Part shown: positions 39,847 through 48,868 of the stretch, in pieces
Layout: every line of letters begins with the position of its first letter
Numbering within the stretch: position 1 is the stretch's first letter
Assembly: GCA_963809895.1 (NCBI GenBank)
Contig: CAWELD010000003.1
Span: 2,688,001-2,752,000, forward strand
Length of the DNA: 64,000 nucleotides
Source of the DNA: an uncultured Gemmatimonadales bacterium
GTDB taxonomy: Bacteria > Gemmatimonadota > Gemmatimonadetes > Longimicrobiales > Gaopeijiaceae
Reading direction: 5' to 3'
Position numbers and translations under genes: made by a program
Notes under the pieces: model-generated
Told to the model about the DNA's origin: nothing
Databases searched by the model: none
Seen by the model: only the letters and a program-made list of their open reading frames with translations

Positions 39847-41394
39847 TCAGTTCGCCGCCGTCACGGAGCCGCCCCCGTCCGACGTGCGCTGGATGAAGCC
39901 CGCGACCTCGGTCTTGAAGCGCGCCAGCGCCGGCTCGTAGAGGTACATCATGTGGCCCGCCTCGTACTCGACCCGCTCCACGTTGCCCCGGAGCTCGGGG
40001 GGAAGGCCCAGGTGGTCCATGGTGTAGTCGGCGGCGAAGTAGGGGGTGGCCAGGTCGTGGAGGCCGCTGTTGAGCATGACGTGCAACGTGGGATTCTGGC
40101 GCATGGCGCCAGCCAGATCGACCGCGACGTTGGTGTGACCCGGCCAGCCGCGCTGCTGACCGTGTTGCCAGTTCCAGGGATTCACGTTGCCGCTGATCCG
40201 GTAATCCCTCGTTCCCTCGTACCCCAGCTCGTCGCGCAGGTAGCGGTTCCAGGAGGACGCGTACGCCGAGCTCACCGACGCGCTCTGAGGGTCGAAGTCG
40301 GCCCGCTCGCCCACGCCGTCTTCGGTGAAGCCGGTGAAGCGAGCGTCGAGCCGGCCCAGCACGACCCCGGTTTCGCGCATGAGCTCCTTCTCGAACTGGC
40401 TGTTGTCCACCCGCAGGTCGGCGGCGTCCAGATAATCGACGCTGAGCCCCGTGTAGCGGTGGAGCTTCTGAAGCACCTCCTGCCGCGCCTGGCCCGTGAG
40501 CTTGTCGCCCTGGAGCAGGGCATCGGCGTATTCGGTCACGGCGAAGTGCTCCACCTCGTCCAGGAGCGGCTGCAGCTGGGCCGGCTGATCGGGGAGAGCG
40601 TGGTGATAGAACGCCACGGCCGTGTACGAGGGCAGGTACAGGAAGTACGGAATGTCGTTACCGGGGTTGAAGGTGATGGTCTGGAAGTCCAGCACCGCCG
40701 ACACCAGGATGATGCCGTTCAGGTCCACGTTGGAGCGGCCTTGCAGCACGGCTCCCAGCGCCGCGGAGCGGGTGGTTCCGTAGCTCTCTCCCAGCAGATA
40801 GCGTGGCGAGTTCCAGCGGTCGTTCTCGCTCAGGAAGCGGGTCACGAACTGGGCCAGCGACGAGGCGTCCTCGTCCACGCCCCAGAAGTCACGCCCCTCC
40901 GCGTCGCCCAGCGGACGGCTGAGCCCCGTGCCCACCGGATCGATCATCACCAGGTCGGTGACATCCAGGATGCTGTACTGGTTGTCCACCAGGTCGTAGG
41001 GCGGCGGCGGCACGTGCATGGTGTCGGGCGTGGCCACCCGCTTGGGACCCAACGCGCCCATGTGCAGCCACACCGACGAGGAGCCGGGCCCGCCGTTGTA
41101 GGCGAAGGTGAGCGGCCGGTGGTCCATGTCGGTCACCCCGCTCCGGGTGTACGCCGTGTAGTAGACCTCGGCGGTGGGCTTGCCGTCGTCGTCGCGCAGG
41201 ATGACGCTCCCCAGCGTGGCGTCGTATTCCACCGAGCGGCCGCCGATGCGGGCCGAGTGATGCGTGACGACATGCGTGGGCTGGACCTCGGCGGCCTCGC
41301 CGCGACCATCCGCCGTGGTCTGCTGGGCGAGGGCGGCGGGCGGTGCGACGAGGGCCGTCATCAGGAGCAAGCTTCCGGCAGGTGCGATTCTCAT
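39847..41394 (-). CDS. secreted S10-family serine carboxypeptidase
   Basis: YNGGPGSSS, IDPVGTGLS, GESYG, DLATP, GHMMY; GGAGG before ATG 41394. Confidence 0.93.
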   Translation of the reverse strand: MRIAPAGSLLLMTALVAPPAALAQQTTADGRGEAAEVQPTHVVTHHSARIGGRSVEYDATLGSVILRDDDGKPTAEVYYTAYTRSGVTDMDHRPLTFAYNGGPGSSSVWLHMGALGPKRVATPDTMHVPPPPYDLVDNQYSILDVTDLVMIDPVGTGLSRPLGDAEGRDFWGVDEDASSLAQFVTRFLSENDRWNSPRYLLGESYGTTRSAALGAVLQGRSNVDLNGIILVSAVLDFQTITFNPGNDIPYFLYLPSYTAVAFYHHALPDQPAQLQPLLDEVEHFAVTEYADALLQGDKLTGQARQEVLQKLHRYTGLSVDYLDAADLRVDNSQFEKELMRETGVVLGRLDARFTGFTEDGVGERADFDPQSASVSSAYASSWNRYLRDELGYEGTRDYRISGNVNPWNWQHGQQRGWPGHTNVAVDLAGAMRQNPTLHVMLNSGLHDLATPYFAADYTMDHLGLPPELRGNVERVEYEAGHMMYLYEPALARFKTEVAGFIQRTSDGGGSVTAAN

Positions 41395-41549
41395 GGTTCC
41401 TCCGCAGGGGATCCCGACAGGAAGGTCCAACGTCGGCAGCCGTCGGGCGGGGCGCAACATCCCCCCGGCCACCGCCGCATGCATCCATTTGCGTCGGCCC
41501 GCGACGCGCGTCTAGCTTGGCTCGCTCCCGGAGCCCTCCCCCTCCCCCG

Positions 41550-42185
41550 ATGCTCATGACCGTCGTCGCCGTCTCCGCCCAACTGGGCCTCTTCGCCGTA
41601 TGGCTGTTGACCCTGAACCTTCTGCTGGGCCTGCTGCTCTCCATGCGCTACAACCCACTCAAGCAGTGGCCCCACCGCCGCATCAACTACTTCACGGTCC
41701 ACAACTGGACGGGCTACATCGCGCTGGCGCTGTGCGTGGGCCACGTGGCCATCCTCCCGCTGTCCGACACCGCGGGGTGGGTGTGGAGAGACGTGATCTG
41801 GCCCTCGCAAGCGCCCCAGCAGCCGACCTTCAACGTGCTGGGTGCGCTGGGTCTCTACCTCCTGACGGTCGTGGTGGCCACCTCCTACCTCAGGCGGCGC
41901 ATGGGTCGCAAGAGCTGGAAGGCGATACACTACGCGGCCTACGCGTCGGCCCTTCTCTTCTATCTGCACGGCATCGTGCTGGACCCGAAGCTCCAGGATC
42001 GGCCGCTGAACCTCATCGACCCGGAGAAGCTCAGCCAGGTGATCTGCGTCGTCCTGGTGGTGTGGGTGACCTGGCTCCGGGTCCGGCACGCGCTCCGTCG
42101 GCGGGCCATCGGCCGCGCCAAGGACCAGAAGCGCTGGGACGCGCCGGATCCCAACGATTGGCAAGACGACGCTCAACCCGCCTGA
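41550..42185 (+). CDS. ferric-reductase-like (MsrQ-type) heme-binding membrane protein
   Basis: Multiple TMs with four His residues (HNWTG, GHV, WKAIHY, LHG) and VATSYLRRRMG. Confidence 0.8.
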   Translation: MLMTVVAVSAQLGLFAVWLLTLNLLLGLLLSMRYNPLKQWPHRRINYFTVHNWTGYIALALCVGHVAILPLSDTAGWVWRDVIWPSQAPQQPTFNVLGALGLYLLTVVVATSYLRRRMGRKSWKAIHYAAYASALLFYLHGIVLDPKLQDRPLNLIDPEKLSQVICVVLVVWVTWLRVRHALRRRAIGRAKDQKRWDAPDPNDWQDDAQPA

Positions 42186-42188
42186 CAC

Positions 42189-43523
42189 ATGCTGCCATCC
42201 ACCACGCTCGCGTCTGCCCTCGGCCTCGCCGCCCTCCTCGCCACGACCGCACCCGCGTCGTTGCGCGCGCAACAGGGCCTCTCCCGTGAAGAGCAGGCGG
42301 TGGTCGCCGCGGTCGACGCCCGGGCCGACGCGGCCATCACCCTGTTGACGCGCGTCGTGAACATCAACAGCGGAACCATGAACTTCGACGGGGTGCGCCG
42401 GGTCGGCGACTTCTTCCGCGCCCAGCTGGACAGCCTCGGCTTCGAGACCGAGTGGCTCGACGGTGCGGCCTTCGAACGGGCCGGCCACCTGGTGGCGCGC
42501 CACGTCGGCAACGGATCGGGGCCCCACCTGCTGCTCATCGGGCACCTCGACACGGTGTTCGAGCCCGACAGCCCCTTCCAGACCTTCGAGACGGGCCCGG
42601 ATTCCAGCGCCACCGGCCCCGGCGTCGTCGACATGAAGGGCGGCGACGTGGTCATCGTCGAGGCGCTGCGCGCCCTGGAGGCCGCAGATCTCCTGGACGC
42701 CCTGACCATCACCGTGGTCATGACCGGCGACGAGGAGCGGAGCGGCAGTCCGCTGAGCCTGGCGCGGGCGGCGCTTCTGGAAGCCGGCGAGGCCGCGGAC
42801 ATCGCATTGGCCTTCGAGAACGGCGACAGCAACCCGAAGACGGCGGTGGTGGCTCGCCGGGGATCCACCGGCTGGCGGCTCGACGTCACCGGCACACCGG
42901 CGCATTCCTCGCAGCTCTTCCAGCCCGAGGTGGGGTCCGGCGCCGTGTACGAGGCCGCCCGCGTCCTGTCGGGCTTCTACGAGGAGCTGGCGGGCGAGCC
43001 GTATCTGACCTTCAACCCAGGCGTCGTGCTGGGGGGGACGTCGGTGGACTACGACGCTTTCCAGAGCGGGGGATCGGCGTTCGGCAAGAGCAACGTGGTG
43101 GCGGAGCACGCCGTGGTGACCGGCGACCTGCGCACCCTGTCGCTGGAGCAACTGAGCACCGCGCGGGCCAAGATGGCCTTCGTCGCCCGCCAGAGCCTAC
43201 CCGGGACCTCGTCGGAGCTCACCTTCGACGACGGCTATCCGCCCATGGCGCCCACGGCCGGCAATCAACGCCTTCTGGCCATCTTCGATCAGGTGAGTCG
43301 CGACACGGGCTACGGCCCGGTGACGGCGGTGGATCCCAGGAACGCGGGCGCCGCCGACGTCTCCTTCGTGGCGGGCCTCGTGGACATGGCCATCGACGGT
43401 CTGGGCCCCGGCGGGGGAAACGACCACACGGTGGACGAGTGGATCGACCTTCCCACCCTGCGGGAACAGACGCGCCGAGCCGCGGTCCTCATCGCTAGAC
43501 TCGGTCGCGGGATCGTTCCGTAG
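42189..43523 (+). CDS. secreted M20-family metallopeptidase (carboxypeptidase G2-like)
   Basis: GHLDTVF, GPGVVDMKGG, GDEE, AFE, HTVDE. Confidence 0.92.
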   Translation: MLPSTTLASALGLAALLATTAPASLRAQQGLSREEQAVVAAVDARADAAITLLTRVVNINSGTMNFDGVRRVGDFFRAQLDSLGFETEWLDGAAFERAGHLVARHVGNGSGPHLLLIGHLDTVFEPDSPFQTFETGPDSSATGPGVVDMKGGDVVIVEALRALEAADLLDALTITVVMTGDEERSGSPLSLARAALLEAGEAADIALAFENGDSNPKTAVVARRGSTGWRLDVTGTPAHSSQLFQPEVGSGAVYEAARVLSGFYEELAGEPYLTFNPGVVLGGTSVDYDAFQSGGSAFGKSNVVAEHAVVTGDLRTLSLEQLSTARAKMAFVARQSLPGTSSELTFDDGYPPMAPTAGNQRLLAIFDQVSRDTGYGPVTAVDPRNAGAADVSFVAGLVDMAIDGLGPGGGNDHTVDEWIDLPTLREQTRRAAVLIARLGRGIVP

Positions 43524-43557
43524 CAGGCCGCCTCAACCCTCTTCTCCAGGCGAAGAC

Positions 43558-44076
43558 ATGAACGCCACCCTCCTCATCGCGCTGCGCGTCATCCACATCT
43601 TCTTCGGTGTCTTCTGGGCCGGCACGATCTTCTTCATGATGGGCTTCCTGCAACCGGCGGTGAAGCGGATGGGTCCCGAGGGCGGGCAGGTGATGCAGGC
43701 GCTCGCCAAGCGCGGATACCTGACGGCCATGCCGGTGATCGCCCTCCTGACGGTGCTCGCGGGCATCGGCCTCATGTGGATGGTGTCCGGCGGGTTCTCG
43801 CCGGAGTGGATGGGCTCACCGACGGGAATCACCCTGAGCACCGGCGGGCTGGTCGCCGTGATCGCGCTCTTCGTGGGCGTATTCGTCATGCGGCCCACGG
43901 CGCTCAAGGCCGGCGCGGTGGGAGGGCGGCTCGCCCAGGCCACCGACCCGGCCGAGCAACAGGCGCTGGCCGGCGAGCTGGCGAGCCTGCAGAAGCGCAT
44001 GGCCACGGGGCTGCACGCCGTGACCATGCTCCTGACGGTCGCGGTGCTGGCCATGGCCGTGGGCCGTTATCTGTAG
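43558..44076 (+). CDS. hypothetical 4-TM membrane protein (CopD/DUF2269-like)
   Basis: LRVIHIFFGVFWAG start and four hydrophobic helices. Confidence 0.8.
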   Translation: MNATLLIALRVIHIFFGVFWAGTIFFMMGFLQPAVKRMGPEGGQVMQALAKRGYLTAMPVIALLTVLAGIGLMWMVSGGFSPEWMGSPTGITLSTGGLVAVIALFVGVFVMRPTALKAGAVGGRLAQATDPAEQQALAGELASLQKRMATGLHAVTMLLTVAVLAMAVGRYL

Positions 44077-44095
44077 CATCTCTCCCGATACGGAA

Positions 44096-44128
44096 GAGGG
44101 CGGGGCGCCACCTCGGCACCCCGCCCTC
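44096..44128. terminator. hairpin between convergent genes
   Basis: GAGGGCGGGG...CCCCGCCCTC arms. Confidence 0.55.
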
Positions 44129-44151
44129 GTCCGACGTCGACGACCGGCGGT

Positions 44152-46807
44152 CTACAGCCCGCCGTCCTGCATGTCGGTGGTGATCCTCGCATCGGTATCG
44201 GGAGCCTGGAGGTAGACCTCCAGCCACGCCGTCCACCGCGCCCACAGGTCCAGGAGCGTCTCCTTCGTGGCCGGGCCGTGATCCTCGTAGGGATAGAGGT
44301 ACATGGCCGCGTCCTTGCCCAGGCCGTTGAGGGCGTGGAACATGCGGGGCGTGTGGTCCGGATCCGTGCCCACGTTCTGATCGCCCAGCCCGTGGTACAT
44401 GAGCAACGCACCCGTGAGCTCGTTGGCGTACAGGAAGGGTGACATGCGCAGGTACACGTCCCGGGCATCCCACAGGATGCGGCGCTCGTTCTGGAACGAG
44501 AGGGGCGTGAAGGTCCGGTTGTAGTTGCCGTCGCCGGCGATGCCCGCCTTGAAGAAGGGCGTGTGGACCATGGCGTTCGCCGTGCTGAAGGCGCCGTAGG
44601 AGTGCCCACCGATGCCGAGCCGCTGGCGGTCGATGAGGCCCCGCTCGTCCAGCTCGTCGATGACGGCGGCCAGGTTGTTGCGCAGGTCGTGCTCGTAGTT
44701 GTTGTTCATCTGGCCCGCCTTGCCCACGATGGGCGCGTCGGGCTCGACCACGGCGTAGCCCAGCCGCACGAGATACTCCATGCTGCGGGTGCCGAAGCTC
44801 GGGAACGAGTTCTTGTTGAAGGTGCGCGCGCCCTCGTCGTAGTCCTCCTGGCCCTCGTACTCACGAGGGTAGAACCAGAACATGGCCGGCAGACGCGTGC
44901 CCTCGCGGTAGTCCGGAGGCAGCGTCACGGTGACGCGGAAGCGGAAGCCGTCGGGCCGCTCCACCACGAACCGCTCCACGCGCGCTGCGGTGAGATCGGG
45001 CGTGTAGTCCACGTTCTGCGTGAGCTGCGTGCGGGTGCCCCCGTCCAGGCGGTAGGACTGCTCCACCTCGGTGGGACTCTCGTGGGTCAGGACGAACGAA
45101 CGGGCGTCGATGTCCAGGATCGCGGTGAGGCGCTCGTAGACGCCGTCGTTGTCGGCTTCGAAGATGCGCTCCTTGTCGCCGGTCTGGATGTTCACCTGAT
45201 CCAGGAAGGGCCTCGGACCCGTCGCCATGGGATCCTCGTCGTACGCGGTTCCGGCGAGGTAGACGCTCTGTCCGTCGGCCGAGAGCTGCACCGTGCTGGC
45301 CTCGCCTCCGCCTCCCCCGAAGAAGCGGAACCGGCCACCGCCCGGGACGCTCCCGTCGGTCATGACCAGGCTGCCCGGGTTCGCGTAGAAGTCGTCGGAG
45401 TCGTAGCGCGCCAGCGTGTGCCGGGTGTCCGGATCAGCCAGGGAGACGGCGTATTGATGCACGCGCGTGCCCTGCCGCTCGCTCAGGAACAGCATCTGCA
45501 TGTCCGGCGAGAAGTTGTGGCTGGTCATGCGGGTGTCGCTCTCGTAGACCACGTTCAGGCTGGTGCTGTCGAAGGGCGGCAGCCACTGCATGACGCGGTC
45601 CTTGCGGCGCGAACGGGCCTGGCCGCCCTCCTGTCCGGCGGCTCCCCGGTCTGCTGGAGCGTCCGCCCCAGCGCTGTCCGGGGCGGGCTCCTGCTGCAGG
45701 AACGTCAGACCCTGCCCGTCGGGACGCCACGCGAGCTGCCGGCGTCCGCTGTCGTTGCCGTTCCGGGCCGAGCCCTGATCGTCGTCCCGGATCCCGGTGT
45801 TCAACTCGGTGGTGTCCAGGACCGCCAACACGCTTCCCTGAGCATCCCAGATCTCCTCGACCCGCCCGAAGCTGCTCACGGGAACGAGATAGCTGAAGGG
45901 CTTGATCATGCGGGTCACCCGCACGTAGCGGCCGTCGGGAGAGAAGTCGAAATCCCGGACCATGGTGGGGGCGCCAACCTGGTGCACCCGGCGCCCGTCC
46001 AGCTCGACGTAGGCGAGCTGACCCGTGACGTCCCACTCCAGCAGCGCCTCGTCGTAGGGTGTGGCCATCAGGCTGGCGTAGGTACGCAGCATGTTGTCGC
46101 CGTCTTCGGTCATCTTGACCTGCGGCCCCGTGGGAGCCGACGGGCTTCGCCGGCATGGCCGGACGGTTCTCCGGCACGAGCACGACACCGATGGCCTTCC
46201 CGTCGGCGGTCCACTGGAAGCCGGTGGCCAGCGTGGCCAGGACCGGGCGCCGGGTGAGTTGGCGCGAACGTCCCGTCGCCGGGTCCGCCACGAAGATGTG
46301 CGTGGCGTCGTCGAAGTGGGCGTAGAAGGCGATCTGGGACCCGTCGGGCGACCACTCCGCGTCGGACACCCGAGCTCCGTCGGGGACCGACACGCGCACC
46401 TTGGACCCGTCGGCGGCGGAGATCACCTCGATCCCCACGTTGTTCCGGATCGTCAACGTGCGGCTCCGATTCGCCTTGAAGTCCACGAACAGCCCGCCCA
46501 GCTCGTGGAACGGCTTCGAGAAGACGTCCATGGTCACCGGTCCGTCACCCACCTCGTTGAGGAAGCGGGTCCGATCGGGACTCACGTCGCTGAGTGTGAC
46601 GTTCAGGTACCGGGGCGCCAGCACCGCCTCGGTGATGGCGGACGGTGGCTGCACGTACTGCTTGGCGGCCAGGATCTCGCGGGCGTCCCAGCCGTTGTCC
46701 TGCTGGGCCACGACGGGCTGCGCGAACGACGGCAGCACCGCGAGAAGAAGGAGCGTGACAGACCAGCGGGCTCGTGCGAGGCCGCGCCGCTCAGGGCGAA
46801 CGATCAT
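44152..46807 (-). CDS. secreted S9 prolyl-oligopeptidase-family peptidase; frameshift at ~46143
   Basis: WSPDG propeller, GHSYG, DQN, YEDHG. Removing one C in AAG CCC GTC G joins ORFs 45434-46840 and 44152-46188; GGAGG before ATG 46807. Confidence 0.9.
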
Positions 46808-47023
46808 ACCCGCCTCCGGGTGGAAGTCGAGGAGGTCCATAAGCGCGTCGGGGAGGGCACTCGAGGACGTTGCTTGGGCACGCCCTCAGACATTGCGGGA
46901 GACACCCGAAGGGGCAAGGGCGTTGGAGAAGGCGCGCCGAGCAGCGCCTGGCCTTGCCCCCGCCGCAGCCCTCGGACAGGTTCAGGATTCGCTGTCCCGT
47001 ACTCCCCGCAACGCGTTCCCATC

Positions 47024-47539
47024 GTGGCCGAAGATCTTCGAACCCGCGTCGAGCAGTGGCTGGAGGCCCTGGGCTGCACGCCCGTGGAGCAGGACGATCC
47101 CATGACCCGCTGGCATCTCGACTTCGAGTACCCCGTGGGCAGTGGGCACCGCATGCTCGTCGCCGGCCTGCGCGGTTCGGCCGAAGCCGTCATCGTCGCG
47201 TCGGTGGTCAGCATCTCGCCGGGCCACCTCGAAGGCTTCGAGAGCCTGATCCCGGAAGACAAGCGAGCTTTCCTGTTCGGCTTTCGGCGCACGCTCAACT
47301 TCCTCGAGCTCGAGTTCCAGCTCTCGGGCATGTCCGGCCCGCTCACCTGCCCCACCTCCTTCCAGGTGAGCGCCCGCCGCTTCGAGGACGGGTTGTCGTT
47401 GGACGAGTTCGCCCGCAGCGTGGGCGCCGTGTACAAGGCCGAGCTCGAGGGCATCTGGTACATCCAGGAGTGGCTGGGGGCCTTCCAGGGTCCGGTGGCG
47501 CACTTCGAGATGGACGCCGACGACCTGCCACAAGCGTGA
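47024..47539 (+). CDS. hypothetical protein, DUF2299-like
   Basis: VEQWLEALG...ISPGH...KRAFL...FEDGLSLDEF pattern recalled from DUF2299; good codon bias. Confidence 0.65.
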   Translation: MAEDLRTRVEQWLEALGCTPVEQDDPMTRWHLDFEYPVGSGHRMLVAGLRGSAEAVIVASVVSISPGHLEGFESLIPEDKRAFLFGFRRTLNFLELEFQLSGMSGPLTCPTSFQVSARRFEDGLSLDEFARSVGAVYKAELEGIWYIQEWLGAFQGPVAHFEMDADDLPQA

Positions 47540-47958
47540 CGCGGCCGGCCCACCGCCTGCTGACCGCGCTGGGCCTGCTCCCGGCGCTGTGGGTGCTCCC
47601 CGCCAGGGTCCGAGCGCCGTCGCCCCGGCCCAGCGGCACGGCCCCACCCGAGTACTTCTATCTCGAAGGGCAGTGCGAGGGCTGCACCCTCGACGCCGCC
47701 CACCCCACCGGCGCCTACTGGCTGGTGTCCGATTCCGTCTACGAGGGCGTCCCGGACCATTTCGACGCCTACGTGGAGTCCTACCGCAGAACACTCGAGC
47801 GCTGGTTCGTGGGCTCCGCCCCCGCGGCCCGCACCGTCGAGGTGCGCCGCGCCGCCACCGTGGCCGAGGCCGGCCGCGCACGCGCCGCCGAATGGGCACG
47901 CATGAGAGCGCGCGGCTACGAGGTGATCGAGGTGCCGTACCATCCCTCCGTGGAATAG
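47536..47958 (+). CDS. hypothetical exported protein with CxxC
   Basis: GTGA overlap, hydrophobic leader, QCEGC. Confidence 0.7.
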   Translation: MTRPAHRLLTALGLLPALWVLPARVRAPSPRPSGTAPPEYFYLEGQCEGCTLDAAHPTGAYWLVSDSVYEGVPDHFDAYVESYRRTLERWFVGSAPAARTVEVRRAATVAEAGRARAAEWARMRARGYEVIEVPYHPSVE

Positions 47959-47962
47959 CCCC

Positions 47963-47993
47963 TTGACCCTCACGTAACGTGAGGCTTTATCCT
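47963..47993 (+). promoter_or_regulatory. MerR/TipA-type promoter-operator
   Basis: TTGACC (47963-68), 19-bp spacer, TATCCT (47988-93), with dyad CCTCACGT-A-ACGTGAGG (47968-84). Confidence 0.92.
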
Positions 47994-48000
47994 CCCCGCC

Positions 48001-48771
48001 ATGAGCACGACGAGCTACACGGTGAGCGAAGTGGCCGGCATGGCGGGCGTCACGGTCCGCACCCTGCACCACTACGATCAGATCGGGCTCCTTGAGCCCT
48101 CGGATCGTACCGATGCCGGGTACCGTCTCTACCGGGACGAGGACCTGAGACGCCTCCACCAGATCCTCCTGTTCCGGGAGTTGGGGTTCGGACTGGAGGC
48201 CATCGCCCGACTCCTCGACGATCCGGCCTTCGACCGCCGGCGGGCGCTGGAAGCCCAGCGGGAGCTATTGGGCGAGCGCGTGCGCAAGACCGCCGCCGTG
48301 ATGCGAGCCGTGGACAACGCCCTGGACGCACTGAAGGAGGGACGAGAGATGGACGCGACAGAGCTCTTCGACGGGTTCGAGGACTTCGACGCCGCGGAGT
48401 ACCGGGAGGAGGCCCGGGAGCGCTGGGGAGACACGGAGGCGTTCAAGGAATCCTTCCGGCGCACGCGGAGCTACACCAAGGACGACTGGGCGCGCATCAA
48501 GGCCGAGAGCGAAGAGATCATGGCCGGGCTGGCCGAAGTCATGGAGGCCGGCGAGAAGCCCACTGGCGCGGCGGCCACGGAGTTGGCCGAGCAGCACCGC
48601 CGCCACATCAGTCGCTGGTTCTACCCGTGTTCCCATGCCATGCACGCGGGGCTCGCCGACATGTACACGGCCGACGGACGCTTCCAGGCGTATTTCGAGG
48701 AGCGGGCCGAGGGACTCGCGGCCTTCGCCGCCGAAGCCATCCGCAGCAACGCCGCTACGCACGACGCGTAA
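48001..48771 (+). CDS. tipA: TipA-like MerR regulator with TipAS antibiotic-binding domain
   Basis: GVTVRTLHHYDQIGLL.PS..TDAGYRLY HTH; EEARERWGDTEA, FYPCSHAMH.GLADMY..D.RF. Confidence 0.9.
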   Translation: MSTTSYTVSEVAGMAGVTVRTLHHYDQIGLLEPSDRTDAGYRLYRDEDLRRLHQILLFRELGFGLEAIARLLDDPAFDRRRALEAQRELLGERVRKTAAVMRAVDNALDALKEGREMDATELFDGFEDFDAAEYREEARERWGDTEAFKESFRRTRSYTKDDWARIKAESEEIMAGLAEVMEAGEKPTGAAATELAEQHRRHISRWFYPCSHAMHAGLADMYTADGRFQAYFEERAEGLAAFAAEAIRSNAATHDA

Positions 48772-48778
48772 GTCTTCA

Positions 48779-48816
48779 GGACGGAGCGGGCGGGCCACTC
48801 CCGCCCGCTCCCGTCC
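48779..48816 (+). terminator. hairpin downstream of tipA
   Basis: GGACGGAGCGGGCGGG / CCCGCCCGCTCCCGTCC near-perfect stem; no U tract. Confidence 0.55.
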
Positions 48817-48868
48817 GGCACGCCGGCCTCGGTCGACGACGAGCCCATGGAGACGCGGGAGAGAGGCA

